Positions 29,210 through 32,213 of a stretch of DNA of 32,213 bases are shown here, piece by piece. Positions within the stretch are counted from its first letter, which is position 1. Each line of letters begins with the position of its first letter. The stretch is from Crocinitomicaceae bacterium (GTDB lineage: Bacteria > Bacteroidota > Bacteroidia > Flavobacteriales_D > Crocinitomicaceae), in the NCBI GenBank assembly GCA_027084145.1, contig JALWLM010000504.1, positions 1 to 32,213 of the forward strand, in the 5' to 3' direction. The position numbers and the translations under genes were made by a program. Under the pieces are notes generated by a model. The model was not told the DNA's origin. It saw nothing but the letters and a program-made list of their open reading frames with translations, and did no database searches.

Positions 29210-29560
29210 TTAGTCAATTAAATTGGTTTCTTCGTTTGGGAAAACAAGAGCAGGTTTAAACGATCTTGCTTCATCGGGAGTCATGAATCCATATCCGATA
29301 ATGATAATGGTATCACCTACGGCAACGCGTCTTGCAGCAGGGCCGTTTAAACAAATAACGCCTGATTTTTTTTCTCCTTTTATGGTGTAAGTTTCAAATC
29401 GTTCACCGTTATTGACATTCACAATTTGTACTCGTTCTCCTTCAACGATCTCAGCAGCCTCCATTAACTCTTCATCAATAGTGATACTTCCAATATAATT
29501 GAGGTCTGCTTGAGTCACTTTAACTCGGTGTATTTTAGATTTTACGACCTGTATAAGCAT
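29210..29560 (-). CDS. panD: Aspartate 1-decarboxylase (pyruvoyl-dependent)
   Basis: 116 aa. [29 protein letters not shown] contains the Gly-Ser self-processing site. CLNGPAARR is also present. Confidence 0.95.
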   Translation of the reverse strand: MLIQVVKSKIHRVKVTQADLNYIGSITIDEELMEAAEIVEGERVQIVNVNNGERFETYTIKGEKKSGVICLNGPAARRVAVGDTIIIIGYGFMTPDEARSFKPALVFPNEETNLID

Positions 29561-29599
29561 ATATGATATTTATTTTTTGCAAAGTTATGTAAAAGAATC

Positions 29600-30457
29600 T
29601 TATGAATACAATTCCATATTGTCGATAAGTCGAATTTTTCCACAATAAGCGGCGATACATCCTCTCGCGCCGGGTTGCCATTGTTTAATCGATTGTAATG
29701 TTTTCGGGTCAACAATTTCAAAGTATTCTAAATCTAAATTCGAACAATCTATAATTGTGCCAACAATTTTCTTGACAGAATCAACGGAAAGCGAAGAAGA
29801 AAGATTCTTAGCAATCTTTAAACTTTGATATAGAATGTTAGCCTCTTCTTTTTCCGATTCAGAAAGCCTTTCATTTCTACTGCTTTTTGCTAATCCCGAA
29901 GGTTCTCTTATAATGGGACAAGGGATGATTGTTACAGGTAAAGATAGCTGTTGAACCATATATTGAATAATTGCAAGTTGTTGAAAATCTTTTTCTCCAA
30001 AACAAGCAAAATCAGGCTGTACAATATCAAATAATCGTTTAACAACATTGACAACACCATTGAAATGTCCTTGTCTGTACTTTCCTTCCATAACACTCCC
30101 CAGAGTTCCTAGGTTTAGGTGGATTTCCTTAAAATTTTCAGGATAAATATCTCTTACGTTTGGTGTAAAAACAATGAGTTTTTTCCCTTTTAAAGGAAGT
30201 TTATTGAGCAGTTGAATATCCCGATCTAAACTTCTGGGGTACTTTTCAAGGTCTTCTTTATTGTCAAATTGAGTAGGATTAACAAAAATACTGACAACAA
30301 CAATATTTGTTTGCTCAAAAGCTTTTTCTACCAGAGAAATATGCCCGGAATGAAGAGCTCCCATTGTCGGAACAAAGGCAATTTTTTGGTCAGCGTTATA
30401 TTTCTTCAATTCTTTAGAAAGAGAAGAAGAATTGTCTAATACAATAATATTGTCCAT
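29600..30457 (-). CDS. panC: Pantoate--beta-alanine ligase
   Basis: 285 aa. Contains PTMGALHSGH (HIGH-type motif) and FGEKDFQQ. Confidence 0.95.
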   Translation of the reverse strand: MDNIIVLDNSSSLSKELKKYNADQKIAFVPTMGALHSGHISLVEKAFEQTNIVVVSIFVNPTQFDNKEDLEKYPRSLDRDIQLLNKLPLKGKKLIVFTPNVRDIYPENFKEIHLNLGTLGSVMEGKYRQGHFNGVVNVVKRLFDIVQPDFACFGEKDFQQLAIIQYMVQQLSLPVTIIPCPIIREPSGLAKSSRNERLSESEKEEANILYQSLKIAKNLSSSLSVDSVKKIVGTIIDCSNLDLEYFEIVDPKTLQSIKQWQPGARGCIAAYCGKIRLIDNMELYS

Positions 30458-30479
30458 ATAATTGAGTTATATCAACGAA

Positions 30480-30487
30480 CAAAACTA
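30480..30487 (-). promoter_or_regulatory. Candidate -7 promoter box (TAnnTTTG, minus strand) for the panC operon
   Basis: The reverse complement reads TAGTTTTG, about 22 nt upstream of the panC ATG (30457). Confidence 0.4.
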
Positions 30488-30520
30488 TTGGTTTTTATTG
30501 AAGTTTCGGCTTTTTTTGTA

Positions 30521-30528
30521 TATTTTTG
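30521..30528 (+). promoter_or_regulatory. Candidate -7 promoter box (TAnnTTTG) for the glgA-like/DUF4270-like operon
   Basis: TATTTTTG lies 23 nt upstream of the ATG at 30551. It is divergent from the panC promoter within a 93-nt intergenic region. Confidence 0.4.
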
Positions 30529-30550
30529 TGATTATTATAAAAATAATTCA

Positions 30551-31381
30551 ATGGGGAAAAAGAAAGTTTTATTTATTTCTCAAGAAGTATTTCCGTTTTT
30601 ACCTAAATCTGAAATATCAGAAACAGCAAGAAACTTAGCACAAGGAGTACAAGAGAATGGGAAGGAAATCAGGGTGTTTATGCCTAGATTCGGCGTTGTG
30701 AATGAAAGAAGACATCAGTTGCATGAAGTGATACGTTTGTCGGGAATGAATCTAATCATTAATGATAAAGATCACCCCCTATTGATAAAAGTAGCATCTA
30801 TTTCATCTGCAAGAATGCAAGTTTATTTCATTGATAACGAAGAATATTTTAAAAGAAAGTTTACAGTTACGGATGCTGATGGAAAACCATTTGAAGATAA
30901 TGGAGAAAGATCAATGTTTTTTTGTAGAGGTGTATTGGAGACTGTAAAGAAATTAGGATGGCAACCGGATGTGATTTTCTGCACAGGCTGGATGACCGCA
31001 CTATTGCCTGTTTATTTAAAAACAGTTTATAAGGATGATCCTCATTTCACTGACACTAAAGTAATTTATAACCTTTGTGGAGGAGGATTTGACGGACAAT
31101 TAGATAAAGAAATATCAGAGAAATTGAAGTTTGATGGAGTGCCGGATGAATTTATTGAAGGGTTAATAGATGATGTTTCTTACGAGAAGATACTTAGCCT
31201 TGCTCTTTCAAATGTTGATGGAGTTTGTGTTACACAGCAAGACTTGAGTGAAATGGAAAAAGAAAGTGTGAATCAATTAGACTGTGATAAGTTAGAAAAT
31301 GTTCCGGAAGAACATTTGATAAAAGAAGTTTCTACTTTTATTGACAAAGTGATAGGTGAAGAAGTTACAGCAGAGAGTTAA
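30551..31381 (+). CDS. Half-length glycogen/starch-synthase-like protein (Glyco_transf_5 N-terminal domain only)
   Basis: 276 aa from the ATG at 30551 (MGKKKVLFISQEVFPFLPKSEISETARNL...), resembling the GlgA N-terminus. It lacks the KTGGL glycine loop and the whole C-terminal GT-B half. The track's upstream extension (from 30488) contains the predicted promoter, so I rejected it. Confidence 0.7.
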   Translation: MGKKKVLFISQEVFPFLPKSEISETARNLAQGVQENGKEIRVFMPRFGVVNERRHQLHEVIRLSGMNLIINDKDHPLLIKVASISSARMQVYFIDNEEYFKRKFTVTDADGKPFEDNGERSMFFCRGVLETVKKLGWQPDVIFCTGWMTALLPVYLKTVYKDDPHFTDTKVIYNLCGGGFDGQLDKEISEKLKFDGVPDEFIEGLIDDVSYEKILSLALSNVDGVCVTQQDLSEMEKESVNQLDCDKLENVPEEHLIKEVSTFIDKVIGEEVTAES

Positions 31382-31385
31382 AAGG

Positions 31386-32213
31386 ATGAAAAATATAATG
31401 AAGAGTGTCGGGAAATTAGTCTTTGGGACAATTGTATTCATAACAGTTTTTTTTTCTTCTTGTAAGAAGAAAGAGCATCCTTTAGGAGTAAGTCAAATAG
31501 ATTCTAGTGATTTGTTACACTCAAAAGGGATTGATACTTTTTCGTTAAAAACATATTGTTTTATTGAAGATTCAATCATTTCGGATAACCCTGCTTTTTC
31601 ATTGTTGGGGTCTTATCATGACCCTGTATTCGGGGAGTTTGATGCGAGTTTTTACACGCAAATAAGACTTTCAGGGGACAATCCGGATTTTGGAGATGTA
31701 AGTACAATTGTAATTGATTCTTTTGTGTTGGCTTTGGAGTATAGAGGGCGTTATGGGGAAAAAGGAGATCAAACAATAGAGGTGTATGAGTTGACAGAAG
31801 ATTTGTATTTGGATTCCACTTATTATTCTTTTGAAACAAAAACAACACAGCCAACTAATTTAGTACAAGGAACAGGAATTTTTAATTTGGATGATGAAGC
31901 AACAACAGTTGTGGGGGGGGATACCGTTTTGCCGCAATTAAGAATTCCGATAGATACAAATCTCGCACGAGTATTGATTGTTGAAGCAATGTCGGGAAGT
32001 GGAACTTTTGCGGATAATGATGCTTTTAATTCTTATTTTAAAGGGTTACACATTAAAACGAACAATGGAGTTCAAGCTCCGGGTGAGGGAGGTGTTTTTC
32101 ACTTTAATATAACAGATCCGGATTCAAAATTGACAATTTATTATCATCAAGCAGGAGAACAAAAAGAATTTGATTTTTATATCAATAGTTATTGTGCAGA
32201 TTACAACCACGTG
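31386..32213 (+). CDS. DUF4270-like lipoprotein; 3' end runs off the window
   Basis: Absent from the track because it is open-ended. My translation from the ATG at 31386 is stop-free to 32213 (276 codons): MKNIMKSVGKLVFGTIVFITVFFSSCKKKEH (lipobox FSSC) ...LLGSYHDPVFGEFDASFYTQIRL...LHIKTNNG.... I recall the gene order panC / glgA-like / DUF4270 as conserved in Bacteroidota. Confidence 0.6.
   Translation, partial: MKNIMKSVGKLVFGTIVFITVFFSSCKKKEHPLGVSQIDSSDLLHSKGIDTFSLKTYCFIEDSIISDNPAFSLLGSYHDPVFGEFDASFYTQIRLSGDNPDFGDVSTIVIDSFVLALEYRGRYGEKGDQTIEVYELTEDLYLDSTYYSFETKTTQPTNLVQGTGIFNLDDEATTVVGGDTVLPQLRIPIDTNLARVLIVEAMSGSGTFADNDAFNSYFKGLHIKTNNGVQAPGEGGVFHFNITDPDSKLTIYYHQAGEQKEFDFYINSYCADYNHV

Noticed and set aside
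30488-30550. 5' extension of the glgA-like ORF (MVFIEVSAFFVYFCDYYKNNS).
   Set aside because: It begins at a non-ATG codon and spans the predicted -7 promoter box at 30521-30528. The GlgA-like N-terminus starts at MGKKKVLFIS.
31576-31854. Minus-strand 92-aa ORF listed in the track.
   Set aside because: It lies antisense within the open-ended plus-strand DUF4270-like lipoprotein gene (31386 to the window end). That gene has a lipobox, is stop-free for 276 codons, and is tightly coupled to the upstream gene.
1-32213. Whole-window search by eye for tRNA/rRNA genes, CRISPR repeats, IS or transposase genes, integrases, toxin-antitoxin pairs or a defence island.
   Set aside because: No intergenic gap exceeds about 190 nt. 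None shows tRNA-like or repeat-spacer structure. Every sizeable ORF is either assignable to a housekeeping or envelope family or is a conserved-looking hypothetical. I cannot support any such feature.

Overview
This is an AT-rich, very gene-dense chromosomal segment. I read 28 protein-coding genes, two of which run off the window edges and are therefore missing from the supplied ORF track. Intergenic DNA totals roughly 1.2 kb by my count. Lineage signals point to Bacteroidota, probably a Flavobacteriia-type organism: a type IX secretion (T9SS) C-terminal sorting domain, TAnnTTTG -7 promoter boxes 19-50 nt upstream of most operon-leading start codons, a lipoprotein-type LptC, the long (633 aa) PurF form, and families I recall as Bacteroidota-restricted (DUF5686-like, DUF4270-like). 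The content is mostly housekeeping genes packed into long mixed-function operons. On the minus strand: fbp-mfd-marC. On the plus strand: coaX, four envelope genes including lptC, and a DUF5686-like gene; then kbl, a gamma-CA-like gene, a membrane protein, def and a lipoprotein; then hppA, radA, a cation/proton antiporter, and purF-HK-gpmI. On the minus strand: an aquaporin, and panC-panD-UPF0104-rfaE(II). On the plus strand: a glgA-like gene and a DUF4270-like gene. I found no rRNA or tRNA genes, CRISPR arrays, transposases, integrases, phage genes or long repeats, and no convincing multi-gene defence or accessory island. The most unusual element is an 88-residue Cys/Lys/His-rich, metallothionein-like C-terminal extension on the membrane pyrophosphatase HppA. 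Secondary candidates are a 4-TM protein carrying an Ada-N-like H/C3 zinc-ribbon motif, the uncharacterised envelope genes wrapped around lptC, and an identical 16-nt promoter-embedded palindrome placed at the same distance upstream of two unrelated genes. All family assignments rest on motif recognition by eye and memory of family architectures. No database search was run.
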